Shown in pieces: positions 11,125-21,369 of a stretch of DNA of 64,000 bases (within the stretch, counting starts at the first letter, position 1; every line of letters begins with the position of its first letter). Made by a program: the position numbers and the translations under genes. The notes below the pieces were generated by a model. That model did not search any database, had not been told where the DNA came from, and worked only from the letters and a program-made list of their open reading frames with translations. The stretch spans positions 224,001-288,000 of the forward strand of contig CBDDBZ010000039.1 in the NCBI GenBank assembly GCA_965225945.1. Direction: 5' to 3'. The DNA comes from Alphaproteobacteria bacterium. GTDB lineage: Bacteria; Pseudomonadota; Alphaproteobacteria; GCA-2731375.

Positions 11125-13560
11125 CTAGGCCCTGAGCCGCGCGTTGTCGGGATCCCAGGGCGAATCCCTGATCACCCTGGCCGCCCGCCTGTCGCCCAGG
11201 ATCTCGATCTCCAGCGGCGTGTCGAGCTCCGCCGCCGCCGGGCTCACGTAGCCGATCGCCAGGCTCTTGGCGACGACGTGGCCATAAGCGCCGGCGGTGG
11301 CGCGCCCGACCATCTCGCCGTTCAGATAGAGCGGCTCGTTGCCCATCGGATCGGCGTCGTCGGCCTCGACCTCGAGCGTCACGAAGCGTTGCGGCACGCC
11401 CTCCTGTTGCTGTTTCAAGAGCGCCGCGCGGCCGGTGAAATCGCCCTTGTCGAGATGGACGAAGCGCTCGAGTCCGGCCTCGAGGACGCTGTATTCCCGG
11501 GTCAGATCCTGGCCCCACATGCGGTAGGACTTCTCGATGCGGAGCGAATCCATCGCCCGCATGCCACACATCGCCAGACCGAATTCCGCGCCTGCGTCCA
11601 CCAGAGCATCGAAGATGTGGTTCTGGTATTCGATTGGGTGATGCAGCTCCCAGCCGAGTTCGCCGACGAAGTTGACCCTGAGCGCGCGCACCCCCGGTGC
11701 CAGGCCGACGTCGATCCGCCGGCCGGTGAGCCAGGGAAAAGCCGGGTTCGAAAGCTCGGCGTCGCTGACCTTGGCCAGGATGTCGCGGGCCCGTGGGCCG
11801 ACCAGAACCAGGCAGCCGAGGCTGGTGGTCAGGTTTTCCAGCCGCACCGCGCCGTCGCCCGGCAGCCGCTTCACCAGCAGGTCGTTATCGTGGCGTTCGG
11901 CCGCCCCGGAGCTCACCAGATAGAAGCTCTCCGGCCCCTCGCGCATGATGGTGAATTCGCTGCCGACGCCGCCGTTCGGGGTGAGCGCGTGGGCCAGGTT
12001 GATGCGGCCGACCGCCTTCGGCAAGCGGCGCGCCACCAGGGCGTCGAGATAGGCCTCGGCGCCGGGGCCCGAGACCCGGTGCTTGGTGAAGGAGGTGATG
12101 TCGATCAGCGCCGCGCGCTCCCTGGCCGCCCGGCACTCGTTGCCGACGTGGGCGAAATAGTTGGAGCGGCGGAAGCTCCAGACGTCCTTGGGCTCGACGC
12201 CCTCGGGCGCGAACCAGTTCGGCCGTTCCCAGCCGTAGCGCTGACCCCAGACCGCGCCCCGCGCCGCCAGCCGCTCGTGGATCGGGCTCGTGCGCGCCGG
12301 CCGCGCCGCCGGGCGCTCCTCGTCGGGATAGTGAATGACGAAGACGTGCTCGTAGGCCTCCTCGTTCTTGGCCTTGGCATAGGCTTTGTTGGCGTAGGCG
12401 CCGAAACGGCGGGGATCGACGGCCAAGAGGTCGATTCCGGGCTCGCCCTCCATGATCCATTCGGCCAGGACCTTGCCGGCGCCGCCCGCCGCCGTCACGC
12501 CGAAGCTGTGCCCCTCCGACAGCCAAAAATTCTTCAGCCCCCAGGCCGGACCGATCAGCGGGCTGCCGTCGGGCGTGTAGGCGATCGGCCCGTTGACGAT
12601 GTTCTTGATGCCGGCCGCCTCGAAGCTCGGCACGCGTCGGATTGCCGCCTCGAGGTGCGGCATCAATCGCTCCAGATCGCCGGGGAAGAGATCCTGCTCG
12701 AAGGCTTCCGGCACGCCATCGACGAAGCAGGCGGGCGCGCCCTTTTCGTAGGGGCCGAGGATGTAGCCCTGGCGCTCCTCGCGGAGGTAATACGACGCGT
12801 CGCTCTCGCGCAGCACCGGCATTTCCGGTAAGCCCGCCCGGTGGCGCTCGACCAGCTCCGGCACTTCGTCGGTGACGATGTATTGGTGCTCGACCGGGAT
12901 CACGGGCACCTCGAGGCCGACCATGGCCAGCGTCTCGCGGGCGTAATTGCCGGTGCAGCTCACCACGTGCTCAGCTGCGATGTCGCCCTTGTCGGTCCTG
13001 ACCAGCCACTCGCCGTTCGGCTTTTGCAGGATCGCCGTGACCGAGGTCTGGCGGTGGATGCGGGCGCCCCGGTTGCGGGCGCCGATCGCCATCGCTTGCG
13101 TCACGTCGGCCGGCGCGATGTGCCCGTCGTGGGGATGGAACAGGGCGCCGACCAAGCCCGCGACGTTGCAGAGCGGCCAGAGTTCCCGGATTTCGGCGGG
13201 GCCGATCATCTCGAAGGGAACGCCGATGGTGTTGGCGGTGCCGCAATAGCGCTGGTACTCGTCCATCCGGTCCTTGTTGGTGGCGAGCCGGAGGTTGCCG
13301 GTGACGTGGAAGCCGACGTCCTGGCCGGTCTCCGCCTCGAGCGTCTTATAAAGGTCGACCGAATACTTGTGCAGTTGGCCGACCGAATAGCTCATGTTGA
13401 AGAGCGGCAGCAGGCCGGCGGCATGCCAGGTCGAGCCCGAGGTCAGCTCGTACTTCTCCACCAGCACCACGTCCGACCAGCCGGCCTTGGTCAAATGATA
13501 GGCGAGGCCGACGCCCACGACGCCGCCCCCGATCACCACCACGCGCGCCTGGGTTTCCAT
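11125..13560 (-). CDS. GcvT-family FAD oxidoreductase (dimethylglycine/sarcosine dehydrogenase-like)
   Basis: IGGGVVG, LTSGSTWHAAG, TPDGSPLIG, GWERPNWF and DSLRIEKSY motifs; 811 aa. Confidence 0.93.
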   Translation of the reverse strand: METQARVVVIGGGVVGVGLAYHLTKAGWSDVVLVEKYELTSGSTWHAAGLLPLFNMSYSVGQLHKYSVDLYKTLEAETGQDVGFHVTGNLRLATNKDRMDEYQRYCGTANTIGVPFEMIGPAEIRELWPLCNVAGLVGALFHPHDGHIAPADVTQAMAIGARNRGARIHRQTSVTAILQKPNGEWLVRTDKGDIAAEHVVSCTGNYARETLAMVGLEVPVIPVEHQYIVTDEVPELVERHRAGLPEMPVLRESDASYYLREERQGYILGPYEKGAPACFVDGVPEAFEQDLFPGDLERLMPHLEAAIRRVPSFEAAGIKNIVNGPIAYTPDGSPLIGPAWGLKNFWLSEGHSFGVTAAGGAGKVLAEWIMEGEPGIDLLAVDPRRFGAYANKAYAKAKNEEAYEHVFVIHYPDEERPAARPARTSPIHERLAARGAVWGQRYGWERPNWFAPEGVEPKDVWSFRRSNYFAHVGNECRAARERAALIDITSFTKHRVSGPGAEAYLDALVARRLPKAVGRINLAHALTPNGGVGSEFTIMREGPESFYLVSSGAAERHDNDLLVKRLPGDGAVRLENLTTSLGCLVLVGPRARDILAKVSDAELSNPAFPWLTGRRIDVGLAPGVRALRVNFVGELGWELHHPIEYQNHIFDALVDAGAEFGLAMCGMRAMDSLRIEKSYRMWGQDLTREYSVLEAGLERFVHLDKGDFTGRAALLKQQQEGVPQRFVTLEVEADDADPMGNEPLYLNGEMVGRATAGAYGHVVAKSLAIGYVSPAAAELDTPLEIEILGDRRAARVIRDSPWDPDNARLRA

Positions 13561-13983
13561 GCGCCTGCCTCCCCCTCGTCGGCCGATGGATGCGAGTGTA
13601 GCGCCTCGCCGGCCCTCGCGTCACACGAGGTCGTAGCAAAGCGCCGGGCCGGCGCACTGCCCGCGCCGCGACGGCATTTGGCGTGAATGCGACATGGGTG
13701 GGGCGGGGTCGCCGCGCGGGGTGGAGCCGGCGGGCGGCGACCCCGGCAACGCGCGCGGGCGGGCGCGCCAGTTTAGGGTGACTGCGAACCCATGATTTCG
13801 ACAACCCCGGGCGCCGGCCACGGCTTTCGAGTTCGCCTTGCCGATCGACATTCGAGAACTGACCGCAGGTTAAGTGGACTGTCACCGTTATTCGAGGCGG
13901 AGACGAGATCAATTTTCCATGCCGAACCCAAAGATGTTGTCCAGATCCTTATTTGTCGGGATCAAACCATTAGTGGAATAATC

Positions 13984-14768
13984 CTTGCCTATCCGGTTAT
14001 CACCCACACCCACTATATGTAGTGTGTCTCCTTGGACTGCAGGCAAGGGCCGGCGCAGGCGCATTGAGGAGGCGATCCGGCTAATTCTTGATTGTTCTGA
14101 AAACCGAACCGGAGTTTAATTCACGTCACGTACTTAACATCGGGGGACGGAACGGTGGCGACCAAGGGAAAAACGAAGAAACCCACGGCCAGACGGGAAG
14201 CTGCTGATGAAACGACATCGTCTGAGCGATTGACGGCACTAGTCGAAGAAAGCGACGCGCTGGCACGAATCGTTGCGAAGAACCCGTCCGCGCCTGTTAG
14301 TCTCCTGCGCGTTTTGAGTCGCAGCGAAGACGAAGCGACACGCAAGAACGTGATCCTCAATCCGTTTACTTCATAATGACGTATTGAGCGAACTTGAAAA
14401 CCAGTTCCACAGAGCTATTTGTGAATAATCGGGCACTCGAATCCTACAATTCAATGAAGCTCTGATTTCTGGAATATTCCATCGGTGTCGTTCACCTCCG
14501 ATTTCAGATAAATTTCAATGAAGTGACGGTCCTTTATGCAACGTGGGTTTTGCCAAATCCGACTCAATGATTAGGATTTCCACCACGCTAAAGTGTCGCC
14601 TAAAAGGCGCTACGTCCGAGTCCCTGCTCGGCATCGCCGAGAGATATCTCCGCTTCGACCTGCACCGAGCTTTACTCAGGAACATATCAAGAAATTCGGA
14701 GCCCATCCTGCTTTAACCAGATAGGGACGCTACATATAGTGGGTGTGGGTGATAACCGGATAGGCAAG
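13984..14768 (+). mobile_element. Non-autonomous IS1595 (ISSod11-type) cassette, copy 1 (indels and chimeric right end)
   Basis: TIR CTTGCCTATCCGGTTATCACCCACACCCACTATATGTAG; 8-bp TSD GAATAATC (13976-83 / 14769-76); passenger ORF from 14155 is frameshifted. Confidence 0.9.
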
Positions 14769-14779
14769 GAATAATCAGT

Positions 14780-15459
14780 GGCTCAATTCGTGAATTGTAT
14801 GCATTAGTGATAGAGTGCCTGGAACGTCAGGAGGTTGGGTTATGGACGGCAAGGGTTTCCAGGTGTGGCTTTCGGCGGCGCGCGGGCTGACGCGCGCGCA
14901 GCGGCGCGAGGCGCTCGCGGGCTGTCGGGCCGGAGCGAGGGCGAGGCATCGAAGGCCGCGATCGAGCTTGGTGTGGAATGCCGTCCGAGTCCCTGCTCGG
15001 CATCGCCGGAGATACGCTGGCTGTCGTTCGGGGCGTCGCTGGCGAAGGGGGAGACGCTCGGCGGCGCGCTCGACCTGCACGGCGTTCCGCTGGCGACCGG
15101 TTTCTGGCGGCGGCGCGGAGCGATTCGGAGGTGCTCAAGGGGATCGTGGAAGCGGACGAGACCTACGTCCTGGAGAGCCGGAAGGGCGCGCGCGGGCTGG
15201 GGCGCAAGGCACGGCGGCGGGGCGGCAAGGCGAAGAAGCGCGGCCTCTCGCGCGAGCAGGTACCGGTTCTCATACGGTCAGCGCGGTGCTGCCCAGGGTC
15301 GATGCGGCGGCGCTCACGGCTGCCCTCGACCCGGTGGTCGCGAAGGACGCCCTGCTGGTCTCCGACGGCGGCGCGAGCTACCCAGGCGGGGTGAGCCACG
15401 AAGCACTCAACCGCTCGATGGGGGAACGGGTTCGGGGCGATCTGCATGTGCAGACGGTA
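14780..15459 (+). mobile_element. Partial, scrambled IS1595 (ISPna2-type) copy
   Basis: Starts with the TIR GGCTCAATTCGTGAATTGTATGC; near-identical in blocks to 30129-31153, with deletions and patches of cassette sequence; right end missing. Confidence 0.85.
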
Positions 15460-16541
15460 CGTCCCTATCCGGTTAAGGCAGGCAGCGCTCCCTGCGAGCC
15501 TTGTATACCGTCGACCAGTTCCCTTGTAGGTGATGGTCGGTCGGGTCATGGCGCGGTGCAACACGAAATCGGCAAGGTCGAAGATGCGTTTGCGCCGGTT
15601 GAAGCGGTAGTTCCATTCCCGGACGTAGCGCGGCAAATGCTTGGCGCTCACCCCGTGGTAGGTTCCGTTGAGCCACGTCTTCACGTTGGAAAACAGGACA
15701 TGGACGACCGGCATGAGCTGCTCGGCGTTCTTGCCTTGGCCTTGAACGACGGGCTGGTGGCGATAAGTATCGCCAAGCTTGGCGTAACTCTTGAAAGCGT
15801 CGCTGTCGAGGCGGCTTCCCGGCTTCACCGAGGCGCGCACGAAGTCGCCCAACTCACGGGCGGTGGCCTCGGGCAGGATGGCGAGCCGCGCGGCGCCGGC
15901 GGCGAAGCCGCTCCCCTTGATGCCCTTGCCCGACCCGACCGGCCACTTCTCGACCGCCATCACCAACAGGCTCTTGTTCGGGTTGGAAAGCCCGCGCCCC
16001 CGGCTCTCCGGCTTGCCCCGCCCGCCGTAATAGCTCTCGTCGACCTCGACCAAGCCCTCCAGCGGGAACTCCGGGCGCTCCGTCAGGGCATGGCGCAGCT
16101 TGTGGGCCATCAGCCAGGCGGTGTCGTAGCGCAGGCTCAACTCTCGCGACAGAAACAGCGCCGAGACCCCGCGCTTGTCGCGCCCCATCCACCACGCCGC
16201 CAGGAACCATTTGCGCAACGGTGTGCGGGTGCGGTGGAAGACCGTGCCCGCGGTCACCGATTCCTGATGGCCGCAACCGGCGCATTCGAAGACCCGCGGC
16301 CGCGTCTTCAATTGGTAGTTCCGCCTCTCGCCGCAACGCGCGCAGACGTAGCCTTGCGGCCAGCGCAGCCGAGCCAGCGCCTCGATGCAGTCCGCCTCCG
16401 ATCCATGGCGTTCGAGGAACTCCAATATCCCGCTCATCGAATAGTCCTCCAAAAGCTCCAGCCGATGCGATCAGCCTACACCTCTATGGAGAACATATCA
16501 AGAACATTCGGAGCCCATCCTGCTTTAACCAGATAGGGACG
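15460..16541 (-). mobile_element. IS1595 family (ISSod11 group) insertion sequence
   Basis: TIRs CGTCCCTATCCGGTTAAGGCAGG / CCTGCTTTAACCAGATAGGGACG; transposase from 16452 with Zn ribbon (CARCG, CAGCG), EVDESY, SDAFKSY and YVREWNYRFNRR; one extra G near the C-terminus. Confidence 0.92.
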
Positions 16542-17577
16542 ATCAGTTAAGATGTCTAGCACGCGTACAAAGGTCTCAGCGTGGCTTTCAAGAAGTCTTT
16601 GAAGTATTTGGGCGCGTTTAGGAGAGGCGCTCTTGATTGTGGCGGCAATGACATTAGGTATCTGTTGGTACAAGCCGTAACTAAGAATTATTAATTGTGA
16701 CAATTCTGGATCAAGAATGCCAATCCTACCTGCATTATATCTATAAAACGGGATATCTAACATATGCGTGCTTTCCAGCCATTCAAAGTTTGTGCCGTCT
16801 TCACTTCGCTCTTGGATGGTGCTTGATAAGCCAGACACCTTTGCCCACAAATTATGAAGCTCGGCTCTGAAGCCAGCGACCATAACGCGCCGTTCCCGTT
16901 CTTCTAATTCTCCTTCACGGCGCCTTGCTGCCTCTTCCTGCGCGTTTGCAGCCTTTCTCTGTTGGTCAGCGTTAAAGATCAATGTGAGAATAATTCCACC
17001 AAATCCGGCAAGGGCACCTATGGTAGTCGCTAGTGCCTTCTCGTCGTTCCAAATTCTCTCCCAAGCCGGCGGAGATCCCAGAAAGAGAACTGCCAAAACC
17101 GCCACTAACCACGATACGAGAGTTCTTGACTTGGTCTTTATTTTTCAGTATCCGCGCGTGCATAGTGGGAAGAATTGCACGTGTGTCTGATGGTCGCGTT
17201 AAGGTGATACAGTTTCTGTGGTTCGTGTAGCCATCCTAAGTATACCGCCCGAGTGAGGCATTCGCGAGTCCAACATCCTCTTAGGCCGCCTCTAATAGCC
17301 ATCACTAGCCGATTCGAAGTTTTCGGCCACTAGGAATGGTGCTGTCGGACGCTGGCGCGCTGGTGGAGCGGTGTATTTTCGACCGCGACTTGCCGCCGGA
17401 CAGATGTTCGCGGTTCCAGCGTCCCCCAGCCCGACAACCCCGGTTTAAACGGCGATGCACGGTCCTTGGCGGGAGAACCGCGGTCGTCAGGTGGCTTTAT
17501 CGGATTTATAACCCAACGTTCGCCCAGGTCGCCATGTAGGCTGTCACATTTATCGTGATCACAAGCCGCACAAACTA

Positions 17578-17746
17578 GGGGACAGTATATCAATTCCTTG
17601 ACGCTCCCGCCCTGTCCCGTAGGGTGGCGACATGGCTCGTTTGGCACGTGTCGTGGTCCCGGGCGTGCCGCATCACGGCCCCCAGGCCCACCCGCGAAAG
17701 GACGTGTCGAGGAGATAAGGCAAGGACGAAAATGGCATACTGTCCC
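17578..17746 (+). mobile_element. Internally deleted RAYT (Y1 transposase) mini-element
   Basis: Inverted ends GGGACAGTAT (17579-88) / ATACTGTCCC (17737-46) enclosing an ATG at 17632 that encodes MARLARVVVPGVPHH, the typical RAYT N-terminus. Confidence 0.65.
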
Positions 17747-18213
17747 TTGTTTCAGGCTTACTCGATTCTCTCGTTAGACAATAGCTTCTTTAAATCTCTG
17801 CCCCGGTTGTAATTCGAACCAATTCCCAGTCGCCCATAACGGTCTTGATAGGAGAGATGCTGAGAGCCAAGCTCTAAAGGCGGCCACGGGCGCAATGCCT
17901 TCCGGTATCTCAACGTCAACAGGTCGTGAACTTTTGTTGCATTAAGATTTACAATGGCTTCCTGTAGCAGCAATCCCAATTTCCGATTTCGCCAAAATCT
18001 AGAGACGCTACCGCCACTCGGTAATTTGTCCCCCATTTCAAGGTTATAGTCCCGCACTAGCTCATTTGCGGTAACAAAGCCGTATAACGCTGACAATATG
18101 AGGACACGATTCTTAGTATCCTCTCTGACATCTTCATAAGAAAGTTTTGCCTCACGATACAGGTTTCCCTGATAGCGTTCGTAGGCAGGTAAGTATTCGA
18201 TCGATGAACCGTC

Positions 18214-18968
18214 CTCGCCTATCCGGTTATCACCCACACCCACTATATGTAGTGTGCACCCATTTTCCTGAGTAAAGCTCGGTGCAGGTCGAAGCGGAGA
18301 TATCTCCGGCGATGCCGAGCAGGGACTCGGACGGCATTGTAGCGCCTTTTAGGCGACACTTTAGCGTGGTGGAAATCCTAATCATTGAGTCGGATTTGGC
18401 AAAACGCCACGTTGCATAAAGGACCGTCACTTCATTGAAATTTATCTGAAATCGGAGGTGAACGACACCGATGGAATATTCCAGGAAATCAGAGCTTCAT
18501 TGAATTGTAGGATTCGAGTGCCGGATTATTCACAAATAGCTCTGTGAACTGGTTTTCAAGTTCGCTCAATACGTCATATGAAGTAAACGGATTGAGGATC
18601 ACGTTCTTGCGTGTCGCTTCGTCTTCGCTGCGACTCAAAACGCGCAGGAGACTAACAGGCGCGGACGGGTTCTTCGCAACGATTCGTGCCAGCGCGTCGC
18701 TTTCTTCGACTAGTGCCGTCAATCGCTCAGACGATGTCGTTTCATCAGCAGCTTCCCGTCTGGCCGTGGGTTTCTTCGTTTTTCCCTTGGTCGCCACCGT
18801 TCCGTCCCCCGATGTTAAGTACGTGACGTGAATTAAACTCCGGTTCGGTTTTCAGAACAATCAAGAATTAGCCGGATCGCCTCCTCAATGCGCCTGCGCC
18901 GGCCCTTGCCTGCAGTCCAAGGAGACACACTACATATAGTGGGTGTGGGTGATAACCGGATAGGCAAG
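18214..18968 (-). mobile_element. Non-autonomous IS1595-type cassette, copy 2 (755 bp)
   Basis: 43-bp TIRs (1 mismatch); TSD GAACCGTC (18206-13 / 18969-76). Confidence 0.93.
18489..18797 (-). CDS. Leucine-rich-repeat-variant (LRV/HEAT-like) small protein, cassette passenger
   Basis: Repeats VAKNPSAPVSLLRVLS, VILNPFTSYDVLSEL and FVNNPAL; basic N-tail; GGGGGA RBS. Confidence 0.7.
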   Translation of the reverse strand: MATKGKTKKPTARREAADETTSSERLTALVEESDALARIVAKNPSAPVSLLRVLSRSEDEATRKNVILNPFTSYDVLSELENQFTELFVNNPALESYNSMKL

Positions 18969-19169
18969 GAACCGTCTTGCATTCCAATATCAACCCCCGG
19001 AGGAAAAGCAAATCGGCGACCCAACTCAGCGCGAGCTTCCCGTAGTAGACTCTGCGAATCGGGGCTTAAGAATCGGGGCTTAAGAGAGGCAGTGCTGAGG
19101 CCGTTATGTCGTATGGCACATCTCCGGCGTCTCGTTTCTTTTTGCAACAAGGGATCAATATGATAACTG

Positions 19170-19910
19170 TCACTCAAGTTCTCTCTTTTCACAAAGTTGG
19201 TTCATGCAGCATTGAGTACAGTTAGGAGCCGTCTCGCTACACCACTGGCGACCAATAATCCACAGAGCAGGATCAATTCCTCCTGGATAATCCGGATTGA
19301 GTGCTGCTGCGGCGCGGAGAGCTTCAGCTTCACTCAATCTCTGCGCAACGCCAAGCCGGTAGAGGACGCGTTGCACATGAACATCAGGTTTGACATCCAT
19401 TACGCTTTGGTCAGGAAGCTGCACGTGCCAACATCGCTCAAGCAAAATAACTGCCATGGATGCAATGCCCTCACCGACCCCATGAATACTTCTGAATTCA
19501 CGCTTGACTTGATGGGCCGTCTTGCCACGCCAGATTAGTTCTGCATTGCCACCGAAGTCGTTATACACGAGCCGTGCTAGGTCAAAGATCGTTCGCGGCG
19601 CATCATTCATGTATCTCGGTTTCTTGGGTATTCGGGACAACGCCTCTGAAATCTGCTGCTCGGTCATTTGAGCTAGATACTCGGAATTGAGATGACCGAG
19701 ATCTTGGCGAAGCCAGAATGGGATCGTCCATATGATCTCCGCCCTTGCCCCACGATCGAGTACGACAGCGAGAGAAAACGCAAACGGATCTTCGGCAACG
19801 AGCCGTGTCGCATCCGGCTCAAGAGTGGGCATCAGCGCCTCTGGCGGCACCGAAGCAGCGAACCGGAGGAGTTCCTCCCTGACAGGGCCCAAGCCACTCT
19901 CTGAGACCAT
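19170..19910 (-). CDS. HhH-GPD DNA glycosylase (endonuclease III-like) with C-terminal 4Fe-4S motif
   Basis: HhH motif FRSIHGVGEGIA; PDVHVQRVLYRLG; CSETAPNCTQCCMNQLC. Confidence 0.85.
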   Translation of the reverse strand: MVSESGLGPVREELLRFAASVPPEALMPTLEPDATRLVAEDPFAFSLAVVLDRGARAEIIWTIPFWLRQDLGHLNSEYLAQMTEQQISEALSRIPKKPRYMNDAPRTIFDLARLVYNDFGGNAELIWRGKTAHQVKREFRSIHGVGEGIASMAVILLERCWHVQLPDQSVMDVKPDVHVQRVLYRLGVAQRLSEAEALRAAAALNPDYPGGIDPALWIIGRQWCSETAPNCTQCCMNQLCEKRELE

Positions 19911-19988
19911 CACGGCGGACCTCACAATCTTTCTCCCGAGAAACGATATCACGGAAATTGGGGAGAGGAAAAATGGGGGCAGCGCGCT

Positions 19989-20864
19989 GGGGGTCAGGTC
20001 TTGCATCTTGCGCTTTGCTACCGAATGATCGCCTCGTGTCGAGACCGCTCCGCATCGAATACCCCGGCGCGCTCTACCACGTGACGAGCCGCGGCAACGC
20101 GCGCGCCGACATCGTCGGGGGCGACGACGATCGCCGGCTCTTCGTCGACGTGCTGGGCGCGGTGGTCGAGCGCTTCGCCTGGATCTGTCATGCCTGGTGC
20201 CTGATGGACAATCACTACCATCTGCTCGTCGAGACGCCGAGGGCGAACCTGTCGCGGGGCATGCGGCAGCTGAACGGCGTCTTCACCCAGCGGCCGACCG
20301 GACGCACGGGCGGACCGGGCACGTCTTCCAAGGCCGCTACAAGGCAATTCTGGTGGAGCGCGAAGCGCATCTGCTCGAGCTTTGCCGCTATGTGGTGGTG
20401 AACCCGGTCCGCGCTGGCGTGGTGGCGCGCGCGGGGGACTGGCGTTGGAGCAGCTACCGCGCCACCGCCGGCCACGCGCCCGCGCGCGCCTTCGAGCACA
20501 GGGAGTGGATCCTGGCGCGGTTCGGCGCCGATGGCCGGGCGGCGCTCCGTGCCTACCGCCGCTTCGTGGCCGGCGGGGCCGGCACGGCGAGCCCCTGGGA
20601 CTCGCTGGCGGGCCCGGATGTCCTGGGTGGGGCGGCGTTCCGCGACGGCCTGCTGGCGGCGGCGGGCGCGGCGAGTTCGAAAGTGCCGCGGCGCGCGCGG
20701 CGCATGACCCCCGAAGCGCTGGACGCACTCCGCGCGCGCCTACCGCGACCATGGCTACACGCTCCGTTAAATCGCCGACAAGGCGGGCCTCCACTACGGC
20801 TCCGTCTCCAAGATCATCAAGGCATGGGAGGGAAGAGCGCATGCAAGAAGCAAGACCTGAACCC
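19989..20864 (+). mobile_element. RAYT/Y1 (HUH) transposase pseudogene with inverted ends
   Basis: From 20036: SRPLRIEYPGALYHVTSRGN, CLMDNHYHLL, GHVFQGRY, NPVRAG, WSSY and a C-terminal HTH; frameshifts and an internal TAA; IRs GGGTCAGGTCTTGCATCTTGC / GCAAGAAGCAAGACCTGAACCC. Confidence 0.88.
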
Positions 20865-20919
20865 TTTGTTGTGACCCCTTTGTTGCCATGCGGGCATAAC
20901 TGCCCTCTGACAGAGCTGA

Positions 20920-21129
20920 TCACTCCCACGGTTTGAAGGCGGCGTCCCACCTGTTGCATTCGAAAGTGATGAATTGCGCGAAACTACATTGGCCGTTCCT
21001 GACGACGCCATCAAAGAAAAAAATCGCTTGAACCAAGAGTATGGCAATCACTGACGCAATCGTTAACCAGTATTTAGCGACATCCCACGGTGTTTCGTGA
21101 CTTTTAGGCTCTCCTGATGATTTCGCCAC
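20920..21129 (-). CDS. Small hypothetical single-TM protein
   Basis: 69 aa with hydrophobic segment WLTIASVIAILLVQAIFFF; GGAGA RBS; lower GC. Confidence 0.5.
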   Translation of the reverse strand: MAKSSGEPKSHETPWDVAKYWLTIASVIAILLVQAIFFFDGVVRNGQCSFAQFITFECNRWDAAFKPWE

Positions 21130-21230
21130 CCGGATTCTCCACGCCTAATTGCGGCAAAATTTGCCACAACGCATTGTCCGCTCGCCTCCAGCGACTCTCG
21201 CCGTGAACCTTCATGGTTCGTTCGTGGCTG

Positions 21231-21369
21231 TCAAGCTGTGAGCTTCTGTTCGATTCGCCTTTTGCCGCGCAATCGTCGCCTGTTCGCCGGCTTCCATCAG
21301 CCGGGCGTAGCCGACCATGTCGGCGGCGACGATTGCGCTAAGTCTGCGTTGCTCGTCCTGTTCGGCCAT
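21231..21369 (-). pseudogene. Class III adenylate/guanylate cyclase N-terminal fragment
   Basis: MAEQDEQRRLSAIVAADMVGYARLMEAGEQATIAR, then truncated; GGGGGAGG RBS. Confidence 0.7.

Larger units (their letters stand above)
13909..17105 (-). pseudogene. Lower-GC predicted membrane protein gene, split near its 3' end by three IS1595-family insertions
   Basis: 17105-16542 encodes two hydrophobic segments plus a coiled coil ending VLDILTD; the frame continues exactly at 13983-13909 as DYSTNGLIPTNKDLDNIFGFGMEN*; the true start may lie further upstream. Confidence 0.7.
17758..19173 (-). pseudogene. YaaA/peroxide-stress-family-like protein, disrupted by a 14-bp tandem duplication and a cassette insertion
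   Basis: Reconstructed MTVIILIPCCKKK...LPAYERYQGNLY...VLILSALYGFV...DYNLEM; GAATCGGGGCTTAA duplicated at about 19056-19083; GTGA overlap with the upstream gene. Confidence 0.72.

Noticed and set aside
14133-14146. Match CTTAACATCGGGG between the cassette interior and the IS91-element/host junction near 28590
   Set aside because: It is only 13 bp, spans the element-host boundary and has no extended similarity; treated as chance.
17330-17647. Short ORFs in the 17.2-17.6 kb spacer
   Set aside because: No recognisable motif, RBS or codon bias in any frame.
13984-18968. Composite transposon formed by inverted cassette copies 1 and 2
   Set aside because: Each copy has its own matching 8-bp TSD and interrupts a different gene, so they are independent insertions.
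16550-21200. Integron cassette array explaining the co-oriented low-GC genes
   Set aside because: No intI gene and no convincing attC (RYYYAAC...GTTRRRY) pairs were seen; the integrase at 31884 belongs to the IS91-like element.
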